DNA from: Planctomycetota bacterium | GTDB taxonomy: Bacteria; Planctomycetota; Phycisphaerae; Phycisphaerales; UBA1924 | Length of the DNA: 64,000 bases | Assembly (NCBI GenBank): GCA_038521625.1 | Contig: JBCBKP010000001.1 | Span: 75,247 to 139,246 of the forward strand | Reading direction: 5' to 3' | Part shown: one piece after another, positions 9,627 through 18,455 of the stretch | Position numbering within the stretch: position 1 is the first letter of the stretch | How the letters are laid out: each line of letters opens with the position of its first letter | Notes under the pieces: model-generated | What the model saw: the letters and a program-made list of their open reading frames with translations, nothing else | Database searches by the model: none | What the model was told of the DNA's origin: nothing | Program-made: the position numbers and the translations under genes

Positions 9627-9866
9627 GCCCGAGCGTAGGTGGTGGGCCCGCGCCATCGGCCCCGGGCCCCGGATCAGGACCGCCGGCTCCGGGGACGCCG
9701 GCCTCTCGTGCATCCGGCGAAGCCTGCGCAGCCGGCAGGGTCGGCTCTCGGACCTGACCCCGCAGAAACCACGGGCCACAGTCTTGTGTCAGACGTGCCG
9801 ATCCGAACTCCCGGACCCAGGACGGAGCGCGAGGGTCCGCGGCCGCGTGGCAGGGAGGCGAGTGAG

Positions 9867-10166
9867 ATGGCGGGCGACCCCAAGAGCTTCGAGGACATGC
9901 GTGACATCCTGGGCCGGCTCGACCGTCGCATCAGCGACGCCAGAGAGGCCCGGACAGGCGAGAGCGACGCGGACGAGCCCGCCAGCCCGGTCGACACCGA
10001 GCGACGCATCGGCACCGGCAGCGACGACGCCGAGTCTCGCCCGTCCACCCCCGTCAACGGCATCTGGTCCGCGCGGACCAGCACCGCCGGCTCGCCGACG
10101 CCGCCGGCCCGCTCGCCCTACGGGCGGGCCAAGCCGATCCGTCGCGACGGCGACCAGAGCTGGTAA
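9867..10166 (+). CDS. small acidic/disordered hypothetical protein (~99 aa)
   Basis: ATG at 9867 is preceded by CAGGGAGGCGAGTGAG. Product: MAGDPKSFEDMRDILGRLDRRISDAREARTGESDADEPASPVDTERRIG... GC3 is high. No recognisable domain. Confidence 0.3.
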   Translation: MAGDPKSFEDMRDILGRLDRRISDAREARTGESDADEPASPVDTERRIGTGSDDAESRPSTPVNGIWSARTSTAGSPTPPARSPYGRAKPIRRDGDQSW

Positions 10167-10359
10167 ACCCCACAGCGGGAGGCCGGCGCCAACCGAGGCC
10201 TCGACCTCGAGAGCCCGGAGCGTGGGCGACGGGTTTCCGGCCTCCGGCATACGTCGCGAGACACCGAGCCACCACGCCCCGTTCTTGCGAGCCGGCCGCC
10301 GATCCCCGCCGATCCAAGGCGTATCATCTGTTTCCGCGGGCGAGAGTCCGCGGTGTGTT

Positions 10360-10430
10360 AGGGGATTGGTGTAACGGTAGCACGAATGGTTCTGGTCCAT
10401 TTAGTCGGGGTTCGAATCCCTGATCCCCTG
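10360..10430 (+). tRNA. tRNA-Gln (anticodon CTG)
   Basis: Manually folded, 71 nt. Acceptor AGGGGAT pairs with ATCCCCT. D-stem GTGT/GCAC. Anticodon stem AATGG/CCATT with loop TTCTGGT, giving anticodon CUG. T-arm CGGGG-TTCGAAT-CCCTG. Discriminator G. No encoded CCA. Confidence 0.85.
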
Positions 10431-10515
10431 CTTTAGCCTTCGCGTGCGGCCTCCGCCGCCCGCTCGCTCCTGCACGGCCGCGCGAGATCAACACGCGAGC
10501 CCGAACGGACCGCAG

Positions 10516-10541
10516 GCCCGCCCTTCGGCGGGCTTTCTCTT
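10516..10541 (+). terminator. intrinsic terminator after tRNA-Gln
   Basis: GCCCGCC-cttc-GGCGGGC followed by TTTCTCTT, the canonical stem plus U-run geometry. Confidence 0.55.
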
Positions 10542-10601
10542 GCGCACGCCACGCACGGGCGCCCGAAGCGCCGCGATCCGTGCCCCCAATAAGCTGCCGG
10601 C

Positions 10602-10772
10602 ATGGCCGGCTGGGTCGTCATCCTGATCGTCGGCTTCGTCGTCTTCGACGTCCTGCTCATCGCCGGCCTGTTCATCTGGCTCGGCGCGAGGGCCCGGTCG
10701 GGCGAGGACAACGCCCCCGGCTGGTACCTCATCTGCACCGAGTGCGGGCGGGTATTTCGGCGGTTGCTTTGA
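10602..10772 (+). CDS. small membrane protein (56 aa), below the ORF-track size cutoff
   Basis: ATG at 10602 gives MAGWVVILIVGFVVFDVLLIAGLFIWLGARARSGEDNAPGWYLICTECGRVFRRLL. This is one TM helix. GC3 is almost uniformly G/C, as in the neighbouring real genes. Confidence 0.35.
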   Translation: MAGWVVILIVGFVVFDVLLIAGLFIWLGARARSGEDNAPGWYLICTECGRVFRRLL

Positions 10773-11046
10773 CTCATTCAACGATTGTCTTCGCGGAGAC
10801 TTCGGCGTCGATCCACCTTTCGAGGTTGTCTGGCGGCACGCGTCCCGTTCCCGCGAGACGCTCGGATATCCCGAGACGATCCGCTGGCTTGAGGAACGCG
10901 TCCAGAACTGCCACCCAACCAACCGGGCGATGATGGCAGAGAGGCTCGAGAAGGCGCGTCGCAGCGAGGGTGAGACGGTCTTCGACATCCTGGTCGAACT
11001 CATCGAGGACGCCGACGAGGTGACGCTCAGGTTCGTCGATTGACGA

Positions 11047-13125
11047 TCAGCCCGCCCCCGCGCCCTCGATCTGCAGCCCCAGCAGGTACGCGTACTTCCC
11101 GCCCGCCGCCGCGAGCTCGGCGTGCGTCCCCGTCTCGAGCACGCGCCCCTTCTCCAGCACCACGATCTGGTCCGCGTGGCGGATCGTGCTCAGCCGGTGC
11201 GCGATCACGAAGCTCGTCCGGCCCTTCATCAGCACGTCGAGCGACCGCTGGATCAGCCGCTCGCTCTCGCTGTCCAGGTTGCTCGTCGCCTCGTCCAGAA
11301 TCAAGATCCGCGGGTCGGCCAGCACCGCCCGCGCGATCGCCAGCCGCTGCTTCTGGCCCCCGCTGAGCCGCACGCCGCGCTCGCCGATCAGCGTCTCGTA
11401 CCCGTCCTCGAGCTCCCCGATGAACCCGTCCGCGTTCGCCACCCGCGCCGCCTCGCGGACGTCCTCCATCGTCGCGTCCCGCCGCGCGTACGCGATGTTC
11501 TCCGCCACCGTGCCGTCGAAGAGGAACACGTCCTGCTCGACGATCCCCAGCAGACGCCGGTAGCTGTCGAGCTCGAGCTCGCGCAGGTCGCGGCCGTCCA
11601 GCGTCACGCGGCCCGCGCTCGGGTCGTGGAACCGCGCGATCAGGTTGCACAGCGTCGTCTTCCCGCTGCCCGAGGCCCCGACAAGCGCCACCGTCTGCCC
11701 CGGCTCGGCCACCACGTCGACGCCCGTCAGCACGGGCACCGACTCGAGATGCGCGTCCGCTTCCGCGTCCTCGACGGACTTCTTCGAAACCCGCCGCGGG
11801 TACGCGAACGTCACGCCCTCCAGCGCCACCCGCCCGCGGACCTCGTGCGCCAGCACCTCGATCTTCTCTCGCTCACCCTCGGACCCGCCCTCGAACTCCC
11901 GCGGCTCGTCGAGCAGGTCCAGCGTCCGGTCGAGCCCCGCCAGGTTCGTCTGCATCTGCGCCGACGTGCTCACCAGCGACTCCACCGGCCCCAGCAGCAT
12001 CAGCACGTACGCCGAGAACGCCATCAGGTCACCGACCGAAAGCTCGCCCCCGAGCACCCGCGACCCGCCGTACAGCAGCACCGCCGCCGAGGCCAGCGGG
12101 ATCAGCACCTCCCACGACTGCTCGACCAGCCGCGTCCGCCACCACGCCAGGATCTCCTGGCGCGTCATGTAGTGCGTGTCACGCGTGAACCGCGCCGCCT
12201 CCGCCGCGCCGCGGTGGAAGCCGCGCACCACGCGGATGCCGCCGAAGGCCTCGGTCGCCTGCGCGTCCAGCCGCTGACGCGTCCGCCGGATGTCGCGGTA
12301 GATCGGACGGATCCGCCGGATCCAGAACCGGTCCGTGATGTACACCAGCGGGATCAGCGCCAGCGCGCCGACCAGCATCCGCCAGTCGATCAGCGCGAGG
12401 AAGACCAGCGTCCCGAGCAGCTGCACCACCGCGCGCCACGGGTTATGGATCAGACTGAAGATCAGATCGCCCGCCGCGCCCGCGTCCTCGCGCAGCAGGC
12501 TCGCGACCCCGCCCGACTTCAGCTCGCCGACGCGCCCGACCGGCAGACGCACCGCGTGCTCGAACGCCCGCCGGCGCAGGTTCACCTGCACGCGCTTGGT
12601 CAGCCGCGTCGTGTTCCACCGCGCCCACAGCGCGACGCCGGCCGCGACCACGCTGATCACCAGCACCGCCAGGCCGGTTATCACCAGCAGCGGCGTCCGG
12701 CTCGTCCGGTCCGACTGCATCGCGCCCAGATCCAGCCACTCGACCGCGCCCGAAGGCAGGAACGCCGCCAGCCCCTGCGGCCCCGGCGCATCGGTCAGCA
12801 CATAGTCGATCACGATCTTGGTCGATAGCGGCACCACCAGGCCCAGCCCGGTCGCCACCGTCACCAGCAGCAGGCACCCCCCCAGCAGCCAGCGCTGCCC
12901 CGCCAGGATCGCCCAGATCGACGTGAGCAGCGACCGGAATCCGCGCGTCGGCCCCTTCGCCCGACGCCGATCCGTCGCGTCGATCTCGTGCGGCGACTCC
13001 GCGACCGATTCCTCACGCGCCGCCCTCCGGCGCTTCGTGAGGTACCGCGCGAACCGGACGCTGCTGACCTTGCTCGACCTCCGCACGCACGACGGTAGGT
13101 AGAGCGGGCCGCGGGCATCAGGCAT
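11047..13125 (-). CDS. ABC transporter permease/ATP-binding protein (MsbA-like exporter)
   Basis: Six TM helices then an NBD. Walker A GASGSGKTT, signature LSGGQKQRLAIARA, Walker B ILILDEATSNLD and an H-loop are all present. The listed ATG at 13125 lies at the edge of a heptamer repeat. The true start may be downstream; the N-terminal extension is unusual. Confidence 0.9.
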   Translation of the reverse strand: MPDARGPLYLPSCVRRSSKVSSVRFARYLTKRRRAAREESVAESPHEIDATDRRRAKGPTRGFRSLLTSIWAILAGQRWLLGGCLLLVTVATGLGLVVPLSTKIVIDYVLTDAPGPQGLAAFLPSGAVEWLDLGAMQSDRTSRTPLLVITGLAVLVISVVAAGVALWARWNTTRLTKRVQVNLRRRAFEHAVRLPVGRVGELKSGGVASLLREDAGAAGDLIFSLIHNPWRAVVQLLGTLVFLALIDWRMLVGALALIPLVYITDRFWIRRIRPIYRDIRRTRQRLDAQATEAFGGIRVVRGFHRGAAEAARFTRDTHYMTRQEILAWWRTRLVEQSWEVLIPLASAAVLLYGGSRVLGGELSVGDLMAFSAYVLMLLGPVESLVSTSAQMQTNLAGLDRTLDLLDEPREFEGGSEGEREKIEVLAHEVRGRVALEGVTFAYPRRVSKKSVEDAEADAHLESVPVLTGVDVVAEPGQTVALVGASGSGKTTLCNLIARFHDPSAGRVTLDGRDLRELELDSYRRLLGIVEQDVFLFDGTVAENIAYARRDATMEDVREAARVANADGFIGELEDGYETLIGERGVRLSGGQKQRLAIARAVLADPRILILDEATSNLDSESERLIQRSLDVLMKGRTSFVIAHRLSTIRHADQIVVLEKGRVLETGTHAELAAAGGKYAYLLGLQIEGAGAG

Positions 13126-13211
13126 CAGGCATCAGGCATCAGGCATCAGGCATCAGGCATCGGGCAATAGGCATCAGGCATCGGGCGATAGGCATCAGGC
13201 ATCGGGCACGG
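13114..13211. repeat. heptanucleotide tandem repeat (GGCATCA)6 plus ~8 degenerate units
   Basis: Direct reading: GGCATCA is perfect six times, followed by GGCATCG/GGCAATA/GGCGATA variants in a 21-bp higher-order pattern. It lies between the PEP-CTERM-like gene stop (13264) and the ABC-exporter start. The annotated ATG of the exporter is the last repeat unit. Confidence 0.85.
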
Positions 13212-13263
13212 GGCGCCGACCGGCACCCGCCATTCTCGACGTGAAGGGCGTGACTCAACCGGG

Positions 13264-13791
13264 TCAAGACCGACGCCGACGCACCGCGAACAACCCCGCC
13301 GCGCCGACCGCCAAACCCGCGCCCGGCGACGGCAACGGGCCCGTCGCCACCGGGTCGAACGAGATCTCGTAGACCGCGTCGTTGAAGTCGAAGTCCGACC
13401 GGCGACCACGCAGGTCCTCGACGCCGATCCGGAACCCGCCGACGCCACCGCCGGAGGCCTCGATCGGCGTGAACCAGAAGTTCGTGTCGCCGTCGCGGTC
13501 GCTGAGGAACACGTTCCGGCGCCCGCGCACCACCCGGTACGAGAGCACCAGCTCATCGCCCTCCTGGAATGCGCCGACCTCCAGACGCGTCCCGCGCGCC
13601 GAGTCGTTCCGCAGCAGCGTGATCGGCTCGGGCGAGACCAACGAAAGCTCGCCGATGAAGCCCGCCGATCTCGACACGAACTCGATCGTCATCACCGCGT
13701 CGTACGGCACGATCAGCTCGGGCACCCGAACCGCCTGCGCCGGAGCGCCCCCGGCGACCGCCGCCACCACCATCGCAGCTCTGCGAACCAT
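13264..13791 (-). CDS. small secreted protein with PEP-CTERM-like C-terminal sorting signal (175 aa)
   Basis: Hidden in the last 176 codons of the spurious 815-aa ORF 13264..15711. ATG at 13791 gives MVRRAAMVVAAVAGGAPAQA, a signal peptide. The C-terminus SDFDFNDAVYEISFDPVATGPLPSPGAGLAVGAAGLFAVRRRRS has a Pro-x-Pro, a hydrophobic helix and an Arg cluster, which is PEP-CTERM-like. Confidence 0.55.
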   Translation of the reverse strand: MVRRAAMVVAAVAGGAPAQAVRVPELIVPYDAVMTIEFVSRSAGFIGELSLVSPEPITLLRNDSARGTRLEVGAFQEGDELVLSYRVVRGRRNVFLSDRDGDTNFWFTPIEASGGGVGGFRIGVEDLRGRRSDFDFNDAVYEISFDPVATGPLPSPGAGLAVGAAGLFAVRRRRS

Positions 13792-13983
13792 CGTCCCGGC
13801 CCTCCCCCGCGGGAACGTCCTCCCGCGCACCGGTCTTCGGCCGCGCGGCCCGTTCGGGGTGGTCCCGCCCGCGATCCGGGCAGAGACCCCGCCCGACGGC
13901 GCCGCCGGTGCCGGTTGTTCGTTCGCCCCAGGCCCGATAGCGTGGACCGATCGACCCGCCACAGACGGCGGACGGAGATCCGC

Positions 13984-15672
13984 ATGGCACTCCACTGGAA
14001 GATCCTCATCGGCCTCGTCGTCGGCGTCGTGGTCGGCATCATCATCAACATCGCCTGGGATGCCGAGACCTGGTCCGGCCTGGGCGTCGAGGAGCCCGCC
14101 GCCTTCCTCGAGGGCCAGCAATCCCGCGCCGTCCTGCCCGATGGATTCGACCGCGTCGAGGACCTCGACCCCGCCAACCCCAACCTCCGCGGCAAGACCG
14201 TCGACACGGTCACCATGGCCCAGATCGAGCGATACGGGCTCGAGACCGTCGAGATCAACCCCGACTCCGAGTTCCTCGCCCACGCCGCGCTGTTCCTCCG
14301 CAACCTCAACGACTTCGTCGGTGACCTGTTCATGCGCGGCCTGCGCTTCATCGCCGTGCCGATCGTCCTCTTCAGCCTGATCGTCGGCGGCGCCAGCCTC
14401 GGCGATCTCAACAAGCTCGGACGCGTCGGCGGTAAGACCGTCGGGCTCTACATGCTCACCACCGCCTTCGCCATCACTCTCGGCCTCGGCCTGGCCAACA
14501 TCGTCGGCCCCGGGCGGGGCATCGATCAGACGTTCGTCGACCAGCTCATCGCCGCGACCCAGGCCGACGTCGAGGCGCGCGTCGGCCAGGCCGCCGAGCG
14601 CCCCTCGCCCTGGCAGGTCGCCCTCGACGTCATCCCGCCCAACCCCTTCGGCGCCCTCGCCGCCGCCGAGATGCTCCAGGTCGTCATGACCGGCCTGCTC
14701 ATCGGGCTCGCGCTGACCAAGCTCCCCGAGTCCAAGTCGAGACCGGTCGTCGCGTTCTTCGATGCGATGACCAACGTCATCATCGAGGTCGTCCACTGGG
14801 TGCTCAAGATCGCGCCGGTCGCGGTCTTCGCGCTCATCTGCGGCGTCGTCGCCGAGCTCGGCCTCGACGTCCTCGGCAAGCTCCTCGCCTACAGCCTCAC
14901 GCTGATCGCCGGCCTGCTGATCATGATGTTCGGCATCTACCCGATCTTCCTCAAGCTCTTCACGCCCATCGCCTACCGCCGGTTCTTCAAGGCGATCAGC
15001 CCCGCCCAGCTCCTCGCATTCAGCTCGTCCAGCTCCGGCGCCACCATGCCCGTCACCATGCAGTGCTGCGAGGAACGCCTCGGCATTTCCGAGGAGGTCA
15101 CCAGCTTCGTCATCCCCCTCGGCGCCACCATCAACATGGACGGCACCGCCATGTACCAGGGCGTCGCCGCCGTCTTCATCGCCCAGCTCTTCGGCCAGGA
15201 CCTCACCTTCGCCGACAACCTGACGATCCTCGTCACCGCGACGCTCGCCTCGGTCGGCACCGCCGCCGTGCCCTCCGCCGGCGTCATCATGCTCGTCATC
15301 GTCCTCCAGCAGGTGAACCTGCCGCTCGCCGGCATCGGCGTCATTCTCGGCGTCGACCGCATCCTCGACATGATGCGCACCAGCTGCAACATCACCGGCG
15401 ACTGCATGGTCACCTCCGTCGTCGCCGCCGGCGAGAACGCCATCGGCCCGCCGCCCCGCACCGAGCCGCCCATGCCCGGCGAGACCCCGGACGCCCCGAC
15501 CAACGGATCCCCGCCCCCGACCGAGTCGCAGCCCGAGCCGGCCCCCGAGCCCGCCCCGGCCGACCACCCCCAGGTCTCCGGTCTGCCCGACCTGCCCGAG
15601 ACCGGCGAGCGGCCACCCGCGATCTCGCCCGGCGTCCCGCAGGAGCCGAGCCGCCGCGAGCGGGACCCCTGA
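13984..15672 (+). CDS. dicarboxylate/amino acid:cation symporter (GltP/EAAT family)
   Basis: ATG at 13984 gives MALHWKILIGLVVGVVVGIIINI. The product has the family motifs SSSSGATMPVTMQCCEE, PLGATINMDG and VPSAGVIMLVIVLQ...GVDRILDMMRTSCNITGDC. There is a ~100-aa insertion after TM1 and a Pro-rich C-terminal tail. The antisense ORF 13264..15711 is rejected. Confidence 0.88.
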   Translation: MALHWKILIGLVVGVVVGIIINIAWDAETWSGLGVEEPAAFLEGQQSRAVLPDGFDRVEDLDPANPNLRGKTVDTVTMAQIERYGLETVEINPDSEFLAHAALFLRNLNDFVGDLFMRGLRFIAVPIVLFSLIVGGASLGDLNKLGRVGGKTVGLYMLTTAFAITLGLGLANIVGPGRGIDQTFVDQLIAATQADVEARVGQAAERPSPWQVALDVIPPNPFGALAAAEMLQVVMTGLLIGLALTKLPESKSRPVVAFFDAMTNVIIEVVHWVLKIAPVAVFALICGVVAELGLDVLGKLLAYSLTLIAGLLIMMFGIYPIFLKLFTPIAYRRFFKAISPAQLLAFSSSSSGATMPVTMQCCEERLGISEEVTSFVIPLGATINMDGTAMYQGVAAVFIAQLFGQDLTFADNLTILVTATLASVGTAAVPSAGVIMLVIVLQQVNLPLAGIGVILGVDRILDMMRTSCNITGDCMVTSVVAAGENAIGPPPRTEPPMPGETPDAPTNGSPPPTESQPEPAPEPAPADHPQVSGLPDLPETGERPPAISPGVPQEPSRRERDP

Positions 15673-15726
15673 GGCCCCCGCCGAGACCCGGGATCGGGCG
15701 GTTGAGCCCACCTACACTCGCGTCCC

Positions 15727-16605
15727 ATGGCCAAGAGTCGCGAAATCAAGGGTCGGATGAAGGCGGTCGGAAACATCCAGCGCATCACGCGCACGATGCA
15801 GATGATCGCCACCAGCAAGTTCTCCAAGGCCCAGCAGGCCGCCCTGGCCTCCAAGCCCTACACCGAGGGGCTCTTCGACCTCGTCGCCCAGCTCTCCGAC
15901 GCCGCCGAGGGGGTCGACCACCCCCTGCTTGGCTCGGCCGAGACCGGCGCCGCCAAGGAGCTGACGCTCCTGATCTCCTCCGAGCGCGGCCTCTGCGGCC
16001 CCTACAACGCCAACATCATCCGCACGGGCCTGCACCACTTCCGCGACAGCGAGGCCGCCCGCACCGGCGAGGTGCAGCTCGTCGGCAAGAAGGGCCTCGC
16101 CGCCCTCAGCTTCGCCGGCATCGAGGTCGCCGAGCAGCACGCCGTCGGCGACCAGCCGAAGTACCAGGATGTCGAGCGGATCGCCCAGACCTACATCGAC
16201 CGCTTCAGCGCCGGCGAGCTCTCCGCTGTCCGCGTAATCTACATGCGGTACATCTCCGCCGGCCGTCAGACCCCCGAGGTGCTCCAGCTCCTCCCGTTCA
16301 GCCGCGAGGCCGCCGCCGGCCCGGCGAGCGAGACCGAGGCCTCCAGCGCCGTCTACGAGTTCACGCCCGACGCCGCCGAGCTCATCGGCGAGCTGCTCCC
16401 GGCCGCCGTCAAGGCGACGCTGTTCCAGGCGTTCAACGACGCGGTCGTCTCCGAGCACGTCGCCCGCATGGTCGCCATGAAGGCCGCGAGCGACAACGCC
16501 TCCAAGCTCGGCAAGACGCTGAAGCGTAAGTACAACCGCGCCCGCCAGGCCCAGATCACCACCGAGCTCACCGAGATCATCTCCGGCGCCGCCGCCCTCG
16601 GCTGA
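15727..16605 (+). CDS. atpG: F0F1 ATP synthase subunit gamma
   Basis: MAKSREIKGRMKAVGNIQRITRTMQMIATSKFSKAQ at the N-terminus and ...AQITTELTEIISGAAALG at the C-terminus are the gamma-subunit signatures. 292 aa. No other atp genes are in the window. Confidence 0.85.
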   Translation: MAKSREIKGRMKAVGNIQRITRTMQMIATSKFSKAQQAALASKPYTEGLFDLVAQLSDAAEGVDHPLLGSAETGAAKELTLLISSERGLCGPYNANIIRTGLHHFRDSEAARTGEVQLVGKKGLAALSFAGIEVAEQHAVGDQPKYQDVERIAQTYIDRFSAGELSAVRVIYMRYISAGRQTPEVLQLLPFSREAAAGPASETEASSAVYEFTPDAAELIGELLPAAVKATLFQAFNDAVVSEHVARMVAMKAASDNASKLGKTLKRKYNRARQAQITTELTEIISGAAALG

Positions 16606-17403
16606 GCCGGGAGTCGCGCCGCTCGGGGCGCACAAGACATCCGACGCACTCCATCTTCAGGAATCCGGGAAGGATTGCTTTGCAGTGGATGTATCCCCAG
16701 GCTCCGCTCATGCAGTTCTGGTCAGTCTATAGCATTGACTCGGCCGGTTTATTGTCAGGGGTGCTTCGCAAGCTGCCTGGAGATCTCGTTGCACCCATTG
16801 AGATGATTATTGGAGGAAGGACGGGCGAGCAGCCGGCATCTATCCTTAAGGCGAGTCCGTTCGCAACGCTGCCGACTTCGACATTCGACGGCGCAAGCAT
16901 CGTGCGGCTAGTTGCACGAGTTGACGGCCTTCCTCGTTCGGTAGACGACATCATCTGCCTCGATATCCCGTTCCGTCAGGATGGCTATTCATGGCTCGAT
17001 GTTTCATGGGGGGGGACGACGAGAGGCCGCATACCGACGATGAACGGATCGAGCATCTGAGCGCAGAGCTTGCTATTCGTCTGGGCGCAGTGTGGGGATT
17101 TATCGCTTGCGAGTCGTCCCCTCGATTCGCCGGTGATTCTGGATTCGCCGGTGATGGCGAGTCTGTCGAGATCGATTATGTGGGGGTGGTGAAGATCTGG
17201 GGTGGCGGCGATCGGATCGTGGCCAGCCCAATGTTCGGCAGCGGCCATTCGGCCGAGAAGCGGGCCGCCTGGAACTCGCAGATCAAAGCCTCGCTCCCGA
17301 GCCAGCTTCGTGCTCTCGTTCGGTTTCGCGAATAGTTCGCGCGTCGATCGGGCCGGAGTCATTGCCGACGCCGCACGCCTTGCTCCTCGAGGCTACGTGA
17401 CCG

Positions 17404-17643
17404 ATGGTCTGTAGACTTGCACTCCTAGGAGCTTTGACGATGCTCTCACGGTTTCTGACGCTGTTGTTGGTCTTTTTCGCGTCGGTCGCGGGTGCGCAGA
17501 CGCCGGCGGGCTCGGTCGCCGGGCGTGACGCGCGGGTCTGGTCGGCGGACCCCGACGACTACGCGGCGATCGACCCGGAGACGTGGCGCGCGGTGCGTCT
17601 GGTCCTGCAACGCGGCGACGGCGCGTCACGGACGACATCCTGA
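17404..17643 (+). CDS. small secreted hypothetical protein
   Basis: MVCRLALLGALTMLSRFLTLLLVFFASVAGAQ is a signal peptide; ~50 aa of mature peptide follow. It sits inside a lower-GC islet. Confidence 0.3.
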   Translation: MVCRLALLGALTMLSRFLTLLLVFFASVAGAQTPAGSVAGRDARVWSADPDDYAAIDPETWRAVRLVLQRGDGASRTTS

Positions 17644-17922
17644 TCTTGCACGAGTGGGGGAACGGCGACTTCACCCGGTGGCTTCTCGAGCCGCGGGCCT
17701 TCGGTCGGGCGTTGTGTTCATGAATCACTCACCTGCGCGGGTCTGCCCCGGACTCATGGTCGGGTTCTTGCTACTGACGAATGATCCTCTTGAGTCGGGC
17801 GAGGTTCGCCACCCGCGCGACTGCATCGACGATCCCGGTCTGAGGACCGGCGCGTACGCGGACGTGCGGAATCAGCTTCGCGGCGTCGATCGCGAGCTGT
17901 TTCGCTGATCGGAGCCCCGAAC

Positions 17923-18369
17923 ATGACACCCGTCGACGAATCGCCCATGAAGCTGGACATCCGACTCGAATTCGATGCGGCCTCACCATCCAGCGATCCG
18001 AACACCGGCAACATCTGGGTCGAACTGAATGGCGACGGATTCCCGGAGCGAGGCTGGGCGGACTTCCCGATCGTCGTCCTGGGCTGGTGGAGTGAGGCCC
18101 TCATCTCACAACGGCCGAATCAGCGAATTCAATGGCGATTCATGGACGGACCCTTCGAGTTGTCGTTCGAGCCCGAAAGCCACGACGTGTACCGCGTGCG
18201 ACGATGTGGTCCGGGTGAGGCCGATCCCGGCCAAGCGATGACGCTAGAGGATATCCGACTCGCGCTCATAAGGGCTCTTGAGGAGGCACTGCAGAACAGT
18301 TGGTTGGGCGAGCGAGAGGCGGCAGTGATGCGATATGACCTTGCCGAGCTCCGCGGCGACGCCTGGTAA
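17923..18369 (+). CDS. hypothetical protein (148 aa), immunity-protein-like small alpha/beta protein?
   Basis: Single clean ORF in a lower-GC region. Product: MTPVDESPMKLDIRLEFDAASPSSDPNTGNIWVELNGDGFPERGWADFPIVVLGWWSEALISQRPNQRIQWRFMDGPFELSFEPESHDVYRVRRCGPGEADPGQAMTLEDIRLALIRALEEALQNSWLGEREAAVMRYDLAELRGDAW. No family recognised. Confidence 0.4.
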   Translation: MTPVDESPMKLDIRLEFDAASPSSDPNTGNIWVELNGDGFPERGWADFPIVVLGWWSEALISQRPNQRIQWRFMDGPFELSFEPESHDVYRVRRCGPGEADPGQAMTLEDIRLALIRALEEALQNSWLGEREAAVMRYDLAELRGDAW

Positions 18370-18455
18370 CCCAGCCGACACTCCATCCGGCGCCAACGAC
18401 GAAGGCCGCGTCCCCACGAGGGAACGCGGCCTTCTTTGTTGACGGATCATTTCGG

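Noticed and set aside
13792-15711. Upstream 640 codons of the 815-aa minus ORF 13264..15711
   Set aside because: It is antisense to the GltP-type symporter. Only the last 176 codons (13264..13791) form a plausible gene.
16680-17335. Overlapping ORFs 16680..17060 and 16991..17335 in the low-GC islet
   Set aside because: They overlap in different frames, have mixed codon bias and show no motifs. I cannot decide which, if either, is real, so I did not list them as features.
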